Below are positions 10,309 to 22,874 of a stretch of 64,000 nucleotides of DNA, piece by piece (position 1 is the stretch's first letter; the number at the start of each line of letters is the position of its first letter). This DNA is from Mobula hypostoma (Eukaryota), in assembly GCF_963921235.1 (NCBI RefSeq), contig NC_086097.1, positions 102,860,001 to 102,924,000 of the forward strand, in the 5' to 3' direction. The notes below the pieces were generated by a model. It made no database searches and was not told the DNA's origin. It was given only the letters and a program-made list of their open reading frames with translations. The position numbers were made by a program, and so were the translations under genes.

Positions 10309-12606
10309 ATCAAGGTGGCAGGGATTGAACAGAAAGTGGCGTTATTCGCAGATTATGTTTTGATCTATCTGAGTGAACCAGAAAAATAATTTATAGGATT
10401 GTTTACACTGTTGAATGACTTTGGGAAAATATCGGGTTATAAAATAAATGTAAAGAAAATGCAGGTTATGTCCCTAAATTATACACCATCCAAAAAATTG
10501 CAGAATACATACGATCTTAAGTGGGAAGCTAAATCGTTAAAATATTTAGGAATAACCCTGCCGAAGGATCTTTCAACGCTGTCACAGGTAAATTATGGGC
10601 CATTAATCTCAGAGATAAAAGCAGATATGCATAGATGGAATCTTATCCCCTTCTTAAGTTTAAATTCAAGGATAAATACTATAAAAATGAATATTCTTCC
10701 TCGGTTACTGTATCTTTTCTGTACTTTACCTGTGGAGGTGGATGATAATCAATTCAGGGAATGGGACAAATGGATTTCCCGCTTCATTTGGCAAGGAAAG
10801 AAACCTAGAATTCGATATAACATCTTACAGTTAGGGAAGGAAGGAGGAGGTATGGTTCTTCCTTGCCTGAGAAATTATTTTTATGCCTCACAGATAACCC
10901 CTCTGTTATATTGGTGTAATAGGGAATATAAGGCTAGATGGAAGGAAATAGAATTTGGATTAGTTGACAGTTTTCCTCTACAGGCCTCAATAGCGACAAA
11001 GGATTGATGGCCCAATTGGAAAAATTTAAAAACAGTTGGATAAATCTTACATTAAAAGTATGGCAGAAGGTGGTTAATTCGTGTGGAATTAATAACATGT
11101 TAAAGCTCTTCAGATGGTGTGCATATGATACCGAATTCCTTCCCAACAGAGGAGATAAAAGGTTTGAACTATGGATAAAGAAAGGTCTTACAACCTACCT
11201 CTCATTTATAGATAAAAGAGTATTACAAAGTTTCCAAATCCTGCAGGACAAACATCGCCTAGAACACAATGACTTTTTTAGGTATCTTCAAGTACGAAAT
11301 TATGTTAACCAGAGTTGTAGATATATAGACCTACCAACAGTAGAATTAGAACTTTTCAAGATTCTGAATTCGGCTTGCAGTTCAATACCTAGTAAATCAG
11401 TTTCTCGATTATGTAATGCACTCTCCCATGCTAAAAATGTAAACACATTGTATATTAAAGAGAAGTGGGAGAAAGAAGCGAGGTTGGTACTTTCAGAGGA
11501 GGCTTGGGGGAAAATCTGCAGCTTTCAGTGGTCTTCGACTAATTCTTTGATTTGGAGAGAACATTGTTGGAAAAAATATTATAAGATACTTCAAGACCCC
11601 ATATCAGGAAAAATATAAAGATACAAACGTGACGTGTTGGAGAAGGTGCGGCTCCAAGGAGGCAAATCATTTTCATATTTTCTGGGATTGCCCTAAATTA
11701 AGTATATATTGGGAAGGTATTCATAGAACATTAGTTAAGGTACTTAGGACCCAGATACCTCTGAACTTTGAGACGGTCTATTTGGGGCATGTATTGTTTC
11801 TTGAACAGAAGGAAGATATAAAGTTGCTGCAGGCCCTCTTAGCGGCAAGTAAGAAATCAATCACTAGAAACTGGCTAAACCCAATACCACCTACATTAGA
11901 AGACTGGCACGGAATTATCTTGGAAATATTTAAAATGGAAAAGTTGACTTACTCCCTGAGAATTCAAAAAGAAACATTTTATCAAATCTGGAATAAATGG
12001 ATTGAATATATAACCCAATGGGAGCAGACTTTAGATGACTCTCCTAATGATTTGTACTGCTCTTCTCACCAACACAGTAATATTGCTAACGTAAGCACCT
12101 CTAGTCTAAATGTTTACTGTTTTTTGTTTTCTTTTGGAAAATAAAGAATTAATACAAGTAAAGGAAAAGATTTGGGAAAGAGATAAAAAATGATAAAATT
12201 AAGTAAATAAGTACATAGGGATTGGATAATTATGTTGGGGGGCAGGAACAAGCATGAACAAATTAGGATATAAACACCTACAATGGTTGTTACATAGGCT
12301 TACATACAACATTTTGGACCAGTAGAAATGGTCCAGAAGAGATATATGGAAACTATTATTACTATTTTTCTTAACAACTAATACCATTACTTAGCCTAAT
12401 AGATTAGAATTACCACTGCACATAATTATCTATTTAAGTGTCTAACTTCCTTTTATATCATCTCAATGTGTACTTAAGAATGTATAAATAATTATAGTTT
12501 TATACATATAAAAAAATGGAAAAGGTTATACATGTGAAAAAAGTACATGATACTTGTGAATTCCTTACCCAAATAAAAATAAAATTTAAAAAATAGAGAA
12601 AAAAAA
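10309..12606 (+). mobile_element. 5'-truncated L1 LINE (ORF2 RT C-terminus to poly-A), frameshifted
   Basis: ORFs 10399-12144 contain FGKISGYKIN, KYLGI, KMNILPRLLYLF and CWRRCG...HIFWDC. AATAAA near 12572 and an A-rich tail. Confidence 0.92.
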
Positions 12607-12611
12607 GGAAT

Positions 12612-13858
12612 TCAACTACTATAGCGTCCACAGCATAGTAAACTTTAAATTGTCCCATTCAGGCCTAGAGATCTAATCATTGTGGAGGATTTCTTACTCT
12701 TGTGGGGTAATGCCTTTCCTGACAAAGGAGTCACTCTGCTGGCAGGTGAGACTTGTGGCTGTGAGACAGTCTCAGGTTCAGGGGCCTCCTCCTGGATTGT
12801 AGGAGTTGACTCTGGACTGCAGGAAGAGGTTCTGCCAGCTCTGGACACCTCTCTTCTGGATCTGTTGGCATCCGGAACAGTGCATAGCAAACTTCACGGG
12901 ACAGGGTAAGTACAACGTCTGACATCACCATTTCCTTTACCTTTTGGAAACCACCTCACACAGCTTTGTCCACTGCTATTTATTCCTGATCTGTAGTAAT
13001 GAGTTTAAGAAGAGGAGCATAGTAGCCAGGTCTGGCTGGAACCTGTTGTAGTAATTGATAAATAATAAAAAGGAATACAACTGTGACACATATTTTGCCC
13101 TTGGGGCATCCATCACTGCTTGAGTTTGCTCAGAATTCTTGTGTAAAATCTTGTGCTACAATGGTGTGACCACAGTAAGTGATGTTTGGTTTAAAGAATT
13201 CACACTTGTTGCAATGTACTCTGATTACATAATCTTCTAATCTTTTTAACATTGTCTTGAGATTTTGGAGGTGTTTCTTGTCATCTTTCCAGTAACAATA
13301 ATGTCATCCAGGTAACACTGAGTGCCTGGGCAGCCCTGCAGCACCTGGTCCATAGTCCATACTGCCAGAGTGCAGGTGCAGATGTTACTCCAGAAATAAG
13401 CCAATTATAGCAATAAAGCCCTTTGTGAGTGTTGATGGTGAGAAACACTTTGGATTCTTAATTCCATCTCCATCTGTACATAGGCCTCAGCTAAGTCCAC
13501 TTTGCCAAAGAGTTGTCCTCCAAAAAGGTTTGCAAAGATATCCTCTATCCTGGGCAGAGGGTATTGATCTACCTTTGTTAATCAGTTGATTACCACAAAA
13601 TTACCACAGATCCTGACAGACCCATTCTTCTTAGCTATTGGTACCATTGGCATTGCCCATGGGCTCCACTTAACCTTGGAAAGAATCCCTTCCGCCTCCA
13701 TGTGATCTGGCTCATTGGATATTTTATGACAGATGGTACAAGAAACCAGATAGACCTTGTAAAACTTTGTGGTATTTTCATTTCACTATTTTACCCTTGA
13801 TATGTTTGAGTTTTTCAATGCCAGCCTTGAAGGTCATCCAGTACCTTTCTTAATTCCA
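12612..13858 (-). mobile_element. Decayed Gypsy pol remnant (RT and post-integrase tail)
   Basis: Minus strand reads ILSKVKWSPWAMPMVPIAKKNGSVRICGNF and QCYLDDIIVTG; acidic/Pro-rich pol tail at 12645-12890. Confidence 0.8.
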
Positions 13859-13861
13859 TGA

Positions 13862-16288
13862 TCAAGGTTTAACAGGCAGAGCTTCACGGCAGTTTCTCTG
13901 AGTTGTGTGGCAACCAATCAACAGAGAGGGATTCATTCGAAAGGGCGAATAAAAGTAACGCAGGTGCAAGTGGAGTGGCCATTCTTTTGAGTGTGCTGGT
14001 ACTTCGGGTGGCTTTGGCTCATCAAGCTTGGGTGAGGCAACTTTCTCTTTCGGTCTTCACTCCTGCCCGCTGTACCCGTTCCTCAGCCACATGTTCACCT
14101 GCCAAATCATCCTATTCTTGCCCTCACTGGCACATATCAAAGGCAGCAATCCAGAGATTACTACCCTGCAGCTTCTGAGAGAATGAATTAAGGAAACGGA
14201 GCTGCAGCTCGACTCATGAGGAGGTGATAGACAGGAGCTACAGGGAGGTAGTTACCCCTAGGTTGCAGGAGACAGGTAACTGGGTGACTGTCAGGAGAAG
14301 GAGGGGAAATGCACAGAGTACCCTTGTGGCTGGTCCCCTCGATGATAGGAATATAACCTTAGATACTGTTGTAAGGTCGACCTACCGAGGGGGAGCCACA
14401 GTAACCGTATCCCTGGCACTTAGTGCAGTGACTCAGCAGAGCAGAGAGGTGAAGCAGACTGCAGTGTAGAGAGGATATTCCTTAGTCAGAGGAATAGAGA
14501 CAAGATTCTGAGAACACAATAGAGACACCAGGAAGGTACGTTGCCTCCCTGGTACCAGAGTCAGGGATATCTCGGATTGAGTCTGAGGCATTCTTAAGGA
14601 CAAGGGTGAGCAGCCGGAGGTCTTGGAGCATATTGGCACCAATGACGTAGATAGGCAAGGAGAGGAGGTCCTGAAGAAAGCTGAGAAACAGGACCTCCAG
14701 GGTAATAATCTCTGGATTGCTGCCTGTGTCACGTGCCAGTGAGGGTAAGAATAGGATGTTTGACAGGTGAATGCGTGGCTGAGGAACTGGTGCAGGGGAC
14801 AGGGGTTCAGATTTATGGATTATTGGGATCTCTTCTGGGGAGGTAGGGCCTGTACAAAAAGAACAGGTTACATCTGAACCTGAGGGGGATCAATATCCTC
14901 GTGGGTAGATTTGCTAGGGTTGTTCAGAAGGTTTTACACTAATTTGGCAGTGGGGTGGGAAGCACAGTGATAGTGCTGAGGATGGGGTAGTTGGTTTACA
15001 AACAAAGGCAATCTGTAATGAGACTCCTAACAAGGAGAGGCTGATGACTTACAGTCAACAGGATGAGTTGCAATGTAAAAGGCAAACAAAATTGAAAAGG
15101 GCGAATACAGGACTGGTGTTATATTTGAATGTGTGCAGTATACGGAATAAGGTAGATGAACTTGTAGCACAGTTACAGATTGGCATGTATGATGCTGTGG
15201 ACATCACTGAATCATGGCTGAAAGAAGATTATGGCTGGGAGCTTAATGTCCAAGGACACACACTGTATTGAAAGGACAAGCAGACAGACCAAGGGGTCAT
15301 GTGGGTCTGTTGGTAAAAAATGAAATCAAATCATTAGAAAGAGGTGATATAGGGTCGGAAGATGTTGAATGATTGTGAACAGAGCCAAAGGTAAAAACAC
15401 CCTGATGGGAATTGTATACAGATACCCAAACAGTAGTAAGGATGTGGCCTACAAATTACAATGGGAGACAGAAAATGCATGCCAAAGGGGTAATGTTGCA
15501 ATAGTCATGGGGGACTTCAATGTGCAGGTAGATTGGGAAAATCGGGTTGGTACTGGATCCCAAGAGGGGGAATTTCTAGAATGCCTATGGAATGGCTTTC
15601 TAGAGCAGCTTGTGGTTGAGCCCACTAGGAGATCGGCTATTCTGGATTGGGTGTTGTGCAGTCAAGCAGAAATGGTTAGAGAGCTTAAAGTAAAAGAACC
15701 CTTAGGGGAGAGTGATCATAACATGATCGAATTCACCCTGATATTTGAAAAGGAGAAGATAGTCAAATGTATCAGTATTACAGTGGGGTAAAGGAAATTC
15801 CAGAGGCATGAGAGAAGAGTTGGCCAAAATTGATTGGAAAAGAACATTGGCAGGGATCTGAAATTTCTGGAAGCAATTTGGAAGGCACAGGATATATACA
15901 TCCAAAAAGGAAGAAGTATTCTAAAGGCAAGATGACACAACTGTGGCTAGGAAGAGAACTCAAAGCCAACATAAAAACCAAAGAGAGGGCATATAATAGA
16001 GCAGAAATGAGTGGGGAGTTAGAGGATTGGGAAGCTTTTAAGAATCAATAGAAGGCAACTAGAAAAGTAATTAAGAAAGAAAAGATGAAATATAAAAGTA
16101 AGCTAGCCAATAATATTAAAGAGGATTCCAAATGTTTCTTCAGATACATAAAGTTTAAAAGAGAGGTGAGAGTGGATATTTGACCATTGGAAAACGATGC
16201 TGGAGAGGTAGTAAAGGAGGACAAGGTAATGGCGGATGAACTGAAAAGTATTTTCCATCAGTCTTCACTGTGGAAGACACTGGCAGTA
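13862..16288 (+). mobile_element. CR1 LINE 5' part (ORF1 SGNH esterase, ORF2 APE endonuclease); continues at 17336-17527
   Basis: IDRSYREVVTP, HIGTND, YLNVCSIRNK, ITESWL, MGDFN, SDHN motifs; multiple stops. Confidence 0.9.
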
Positions 16289-16725
16289 ATTGAACACATC
16301 TATCTTTCGATTGAAGCCAGCTATTTCTGCTCTCTTGTTTTGTTTATGATTATTTTCATATGGTACTTACAGTTTAGGAACCCATGAATTATCCTGATTC
16401 TGCTTGTTTTTAAACTCTAACATCTCGCTGCGCTTCAAGAGGTAGGTAGTCATCTCGGGTTCTTTTAAAACTTCCTCATCACTGCTATGTTTTGTAAGTC
16501 CAAAACATAAACCAATTAGAATAAGAACAGGGGGAGACTGGGAGATCTTGTACCTTCATTTTTACTTTAGGCACACACATGTGATGTGGGGGTGTGATGA
16601 CGTATACAATTCATGTACTATTACATATATACTGTAATATGTGATTTAGAGAAACAAAGAATGCTTAATCAAACAACATGTTCGCAGTATTACTCAAATA
16701 TTACTGAAACATTAAACACACAACA
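16289..16725 (-). mobile_element. Gypsy 5' LTR (16488-16725), PBS-like site and start of gag
   Basis: TGTT...AACA termini; PBS-like TAGCAGTGATG abuts the LTR; decayed gag N-terminus near 16323. Confidence 0.65.
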
Positions 16726-17019
16726 CATGGCACCTTCCGTCTGTCCATATCCCAGTGACCCTGGACCCTGAGTCCCGTTCCTGCCAACAACCAGCAATGA
16801 TGACGTGAAAGGCGTATCCTCACAGGAACTGTTTAATATTGCAAATTTCCTCAAGCCCCAGACCTACAAGGGACTCCATTTTAGAGGAGAATGTTGCCAT
16901 CTAGCTTCCACATATTGACCCATTGTGTGATCACTGGGAAGAGGCTTTCTGTAGCAGCTACATCTAAACAATCAACATGCACTCCATGCAAGCTCTGACC
17001 TCCTGCTGCCATTTAGCGT

Positions 17020-17325
17020 AACCCTTAGGCTGTCCTGAAATCAACTGCTTCCATGCAAGCTCTGATGAGGCCAAAGTGGGAACAGCAACTCTGCAGGGCT
17101 GGGGATTGTTGGTGAACTGCTGCACTCTTCCTGTCACTTGCTCAAGGGCCTCTGTATGCTCCCCAGCTCAGTTCCATCCAAAATGTCTCTACTCCACTTT
17201 GAGCAGTAAAGGGGCAGGTGTTCCATGCAATGGGGATGTTGTGACTTTTCAAGGAGGCTGTGAACATATCCTTGAATCCCTTGGTCTGTCCGTCTGGTAA
17301 GATCTTCTCAATAAAGAGCTAGAAA
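17020..17325 (-). mobile_element. Old RTE-type LINE 3' remnant
   Basis: Minus strand ...ttcaaggatatgttcacagcctccttgaaaag..acaacatcccc resembles the RTE ORF end (FKD.L.ASLK..NI). Confidence 0.5.
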
Positions 17326-18066
17326 TGAAATCAGTCATCAGTCTTCACTGTGGAAGACACTAGCAGTATGGTGGAAGTTCTAGGTGTCAGGAGTCATGGA
17401 GTGTGTGAAGTTACCACAACTAGAGGGAAGGTTCTTGGGAAACTGAAAGGTCCGAAGGTAGATAAGTCAATTGGACAAGATGGTGCACACCCCAGAGTTC
17501 GGAAAGAGGTGGCTGAAGAGATTGTGGTGGTGTCAGGAACCACCTGGGAAAGGTTTCACTGCTAATGTAATGGTCTTTCTGTAGAAGCAGTGTTTGGGTT
17601 ATGTTTAGAGATAATGGGTGCTTTGGAATCTGAGCCGTCCAATGAGGGGAAGGTAATTTCATGCCGTGTGCCTGACACCAGAGTGGTCTGGATCGTTTGT
17701 CTGGCGGGAGATGAAGAAAGAAGATGCCGGAGCGAATCCATGACCCAATGAAGGCCGGAGAGATTGAAGGAGGATCGGTGAAGGAGAAACCATGAGCTCC
17801 AACTTGTGCACATTAGCCTGTTTCATTAAAATGGACTTTCTTCTTTTTTTGCTTTTTCTTCACTAGCCCTGTAGACAAATTAAGAATTATAAAGTGTACT
17901 GTCTGTTATTTTGTGGTACTGTTTTGTAACAGGGTAACAAATCCCACAGCATCCACACAAACGGGGGTTTCAGGGTGGACTCACATCTCAATCTCACCCG
18001 TTTAACAGAGCCAGAGATTGTCTTCCCCAGACTTACACAGCCGACAGAACACGAGGGTTACAATTG

Positions 18067-18084
18067 TGGGGGCTGGTCCGGGAT
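18067..18084 (+). other. Primer binding site, tRNA-Pro type
   Basis: TGGGGGCTGGTCCGGGAT, one mismatch to the canonical tRNA-Pro PBS TGGGGGCTCGTCCGGGAT, 4 nt after the LTR end ...GGGTTACA. Confidence 0.88.
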
Positions 18085-20733
18085 TGATTTCATTGGATGC
18101 TGTGTGATTCCCTGAGCATTGAACCAGTGGGTTGTGTGTTTAAGCCTGTGCCAAACTATTGTCTGATAAAGTGATTACGATACATGGGTATGGATGCTAC
18201 CAGGTGACCGGTGGTGTGAATCCACGGGGTTACTGGTTACAAGTGCATGTGTGTTGAGTGGGGTAGATATTCGTACTCTTGATGAATTGTTAATTTAACT
18301 TTTAAGTGCTGTTAAAGCTGTAGGGAAAGTTATGATTGTGGGGCGGAGGTTTGATAAAATGGTGGGCACAGACTTTGTTTTAGTTCAGACTACTGCTGAC
18401 GTAAAGGCAGTGAAACTGCCTGGTACTATTGGGGCCCCAGGAGAGGGGGTGCTGTGAACGGTCCATACCCTTTGGGGGGGGGGGAACAGGGTAGGAAAGC
18501 AGGCCAAATCACAAGTCAAGTCTCACGTAGCTGGGGACGGAGACTTAAAAGATAGGGTGCTCTCGTTTCTGCGGAGCGAGGGGAAGTAGTAGTCTGATCT
18601 GGAATGTCTAATTAGCCCCTCCCCCCAGTGCAGAGTGCATTGGTAGCAGCCCTTACCTCCCTGGCAAATAAATGGAAAAATGCCCAGTTTCGAAGTCCCA
18701 GCTATTGTAGGTTCCGCCTGTTCTAAGGAACGAAGCCCACCCCTAAAGGGGAAGAGGAGTATGAGACTTGAGTGAGGCAAACCTCTCAGTTGTAGATGAG
18801 TGGCAGTGCTCTGATGACATAGAGCGATAGTGATTGGTTGGAAGTTTGAGTGGGCGGGCTGCTGACGTAGTGAGAGCTGTAAAGGCACAGAACCCCCTTG
18901 CCACTTCTGCACCCTACATGCAAGCACTAGAGAAGGTGTCCGGTGCAACAGGAAGCCCAATGGAGCTCATGGCGGGGTTTCAGAACATGTGTCAGGAGAA
19001 GGGGGAGAAGCTTTCTGTCTACATCTTTCGGCTAGAGAGGCAGCTAAATTGCTTGTGGTGCAGATGGCTGAGGTGGATCAGTTAAGAATGGACCAGATAA
19101 CAAAAGGCACCCAGTCTCAGGACCTGATCACTTGGGGTCTCCGACTATCTCATAAGACACACCCCCTCCCTCATTTGTTGAGCTGATCAGAGGTATGAGA
19201 GGAGGAGAATGCGTCAGAGGTACAGGAGGCCTCCGTCAGCAGGGTACAGTCCTCGGTAGTGGTCCCCTGCGATGAAGTGACCACGGATAGCCTGCCCCGG
19301 GGAGTAGAGGAGACTGTGGTAGAGTTGAGAACTGAGATGTCCCAGTTGTTATCAGCAGGTGTGACCCCCCCCCCCCATATGATGGAGCTGATAGGGAGGT
19401 GGATCCTCTAAGCGGATGGACTATGTGGAGGGCTACTAGCAGCCAGTGTCACACGAGAAGGGAGTGACCGGTATTGTCTGTTATAACTGTGGTGAAGAGG
19501 GACACCTCAGGTGGGAGTGTGAACGACAGGAAACCCCTCGGAGAGTGAGACCCAGTTGCCTAAGCAGACAGAGTAGTGGGGAAAATTTAAAAGAGACCCA
19601 TCGAGGGGACAGCCTGGTGTATTGGGGGAACACATTCCCAGCAATATATCAAGGAACACCCTAAAGCAAAAGACGATTTTCCTGAAGGCTTAGTGGGGCC
19701 AAGCTCCAGTGTATCGCTACAGATAGAGGGTATTTATGCTAGAGCCATTCTTGACACAGGGTCGCAGGTCATGTTGCTGTACCATTCATTTTACAACCAG
19801 TATTTGACGCATTTACCATTGATGCAATTCAGTGCACTAGAGATCTGGGGTCTTAGTGTGGGTGATAATCTATATGATGGTTATTTGTCAGTGAAGCTGG
19901 AGTTTTCAGAGGACGATGTGAGAGTGGCTGAGGTCCTTGATACATTAGCTCTAGTTTGTCCGGACCCCATTGAGAGAGTCGGTGTTCCAATTCTTGTGGG
20001 GACCAACACTCCTATTGCGAGGAGGCTCATGGGAGCCTGCAAGGAGAAAGCTGGAGAGAGCTTCCTGAGAACATTGTCCATTCACCTGGTGTTTTGAGCT
20101 GTTTTTGAGGAAGTGCATGGCTGCACTGGGCCAGATAACGAGTTTAGACGAGGAACTGTGTGGTTCACCCAGTCAAAGCCAATCGTGTTACGGCCTGGGG
20201 AAGTAGAGAGAATAATGGGAAACCCCAAATTTCCCAGAATGCCTGAGGGCAAGACCCTCTTGGTGGATGATCCAGAAGACCACGAAGAGGAGTCGGAAAT
20301 GCCTGCTGGGGTACTGGTGAGGCCCAAATTGCAGAAACCCTCGGTTGTACAGATGAACAAGATGGCAGTGATTGTCAGGATCACTACGAAGAGGGAGGTC
20401 ACCTTCAAGCAGGGAATTCCCCTGGCACATCTCTTCCCAGTGATGGTAATGTCTAGTGTCCCTGTGAGACAAACCAGGGAGAAACTATTTGCAAAAGAGG
20501 GAAAGTTGACCGCTGTTTCATTCAACTTTGGGGACTTCCCGGTACCTGCGGGTTGGAAGAGGAGGTTGATATAGATGATGTTGAAGCTAGAAGGTGTGTC
20601 TTTTCTACTGATGTGTTTGATGTGGGTTGTTCCAAGAGCACTCACCGCACTGTCCAGGTGACCAAGGACACCCTGTTCAGAGAGAGGTAACGGCAACTGG
20701 CCCTTGCAGAGGTGTAAGGCGTCCGGCAGCATT

Positions 20734-21380
20734 AGATAAGATTATGAGGGCACGCAGTCCTCTTTTATTGTCATTTAGTAATGCATGCATTAAGAAATGA
20801 TACAATTTGTTCCTCCAGAATGATATCACAGAAACACAAGACAAACCAAGACTAAAAAAAACTGACAAAAACCACATAATTATAACATATAGTTACAACA
20901 GTGCAAGCAATACGGTAATTTGATAGAAGAACCATGGGCACGGTAAAAAAGTCTCAAAGTCTCTCAAAAGTCCCATCATCTCACGCAGATGATTGAAGGA
21001 AGCTTCCAGTGCCACAAACTTGCTGATGCAGCATCCTGGAAGCACCCGACCACAGTCCGACTCCGAGTCCGTCCGAAAACTTCGAGCCTCCGACCAGCTC
21101 TCCGACACCGAGCACCATCTCTGCCGAGCGCTTTGACCCCAGCCCGGGCAACAGCCAATAGGTAAAGCCGAGGATTTGGGGTCTTCCCCTCCGTAGATTC
21201 TTGATCGCACAGCAGCAGCGGCAGCGAAGCAGGCATTTCAGAAGTATCTCCAGATGTTCCTCCGTGCTCCTCACGGCTGTCTCCATCAAATCAGGATTGT
21301 GCACGGTATCCTATTTCACAAATACAATATCAATTCGGAGTGGCCGTGTGCTGCATCGCGCCGCCATCTTCTCCTCCCCC
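20734..21380 (-). mobile_element. Non-autonomous retroposon, family A (full-length copy) inserted in Gypsy pol
   Basis: Removing it restores VRQH|LCKLKEAGII. 5' end GGGGGAGGAGAAGATGGCGGC; tail AATAAAAG...CATAATCTTATCT. Second copy at 51869-52482. Confidence 0.85.
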
Positions 21381-22558
21381 TTTGTGTAAGTTGAAGGAAG
21401 CTGGGATCATCACCCTATGCGTCCACAATAGTCGTGGCCAGGAAGAAGAATGGGAAGGTACAGATGTGTGGACATTAGGACTCTAAACAAGCGTTCTGTC
21501 CCGGACGAGTATATGCTCCCAAGGATCAAAGATGCACTGGCCCATCTGAGTGGTGTGAAGTGGTTCAGTGTGCTGGACTTGAGAAGAGGATATTACCAGA
21601 TCCAATGAGTGAGGCTGACAAAAAGAAGACAGCATTTATATGTCCACTGGATTCTTCCAGTTCAAAAGGATGCCCCAGGGCATATCGGGAGCCCCTACAA
21701 CCTTCCAGCGTGTCATGGAGAAAATGGTGGGGGATATGAACTTGCTTGAGGTATTGGTTTATCTGGATGACCTCATAGTGTTTGGGTCCACCTTGGAGGA
21801 ATATGAAGTGAAGCTTCTAAAAGTGCTGGGCTGCCTGAAAGCTGAAGGGTTAATACCTTCCCTGGACAAGTGTCAGTTCTGAAAGACGCCTGTCAGCTAT
21901 GTTGGCCACATAGTCTCACAGATCCGTCTATGATAGAGAGAGTGACCACATGGCCAAGGCCCCAGATTGTGAGCGCTCTGCACTCGCTCCTCGGGTTCTG
22001 TGGTTACTATCAGAAGTTTGTGAAGGGCTTTACGAAAGTGAGTCATCCTTCAAATCAGCTTCTGTGTGGTTACCTTCCCTTGGGGAAGAAAGGGAGCAGG
22101 ACAAAAGGAGAAGAGGGTAAAGAGTATCTTAGCCCTTTGGAGCCTTTTGGACAGAGGTGGGATGTAAAATGTGAGGAGGCCTTTCAGTCGCTGAAGGAGC
22201 TGCTGACCTTGCTGGCTTTTACAGACCCCTGATTGCCATATGTACTGCATATGGATGCCAGCAGAGAGGGCTTACGGGGTGTCCTGTACCAGGATTAGGG
22301 CACTGGGTTGAAACCTGTTGCGTTTGTCAGCCGGAGTCTGTCGCCCTCCAAGAGAAACTATCCCATGCACAAGTTGAAGTTTCTGGCATTGAAGCGGGTT
22401 ATGGTGGATGTTGGTGCCAAGTTTGAGGTGAGGTTGGACAACAATCCCGTAACTTATACCCTGACCTCCCACAGTCACCTCCCAAATGATAGCCACAGGC
22501 CATCGGTGGTTGGCGGCATTGTCTGCCTATGATTTCAGCCTGAAGTACCAGCCAGGAA

Positions 22559-22874
22559 ACATAGAAACATAGAAACATAGAAAATAGGTGCAGGAGTAGG
22601 CCATTCGGCCCTTCGAGCCTGCACCACCATTTATTATGATCATGGCTGATCATCCAACTCAGAACCCCGCCCCAGCCTTCCCTCCATACCCCCTGACCCC
22701 TGTAGCCACAAGGGCCATATCTAACTCCCTCTTAAACATAGCCAATGAACTGGCCTCAACAGTTTGCTGTGGCAGAGAATTCCACAGATTCACCACTCTC
22801 TGTGTGAAGAAGTTTTTCCTAATCTCGGTCCTAAAAGGCTTCCCCTCTATCCTCAAACTGTGACCCCTCGTTCT
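22559..22874 (-). mobile_element. CR1 3' fragment inserted in Gypsy pol
   Basis: (ATAGAAAC)n tail; TRGHSLRI...FFTQRVVNLWNSLP; flanked by GGAA repeats; host frame YQPG|SRNIDADALS. Confidence 0.9.

Noticed and set aside
17060..17090. CTGATGAGGCC hammerhead-like string in the RTE relic
   Set aside because: No closing stem II, GAAA or cleavage-site geometry.
17527..17530. GTGG before the 5' LTR versus GTAG after the 62286 LTR as a TSD proving an inversion
   Set aside because: Only a 3/4 match, the 5' LTR start is ambiguous, and the sequence beyond 62286 is not the expected CR1 continuation.
18190..19664. Domesticated PNMA/Arc-like gag gene
   Set aside because: Many stops and frameshifts; still embedded in an LTR element with pol.
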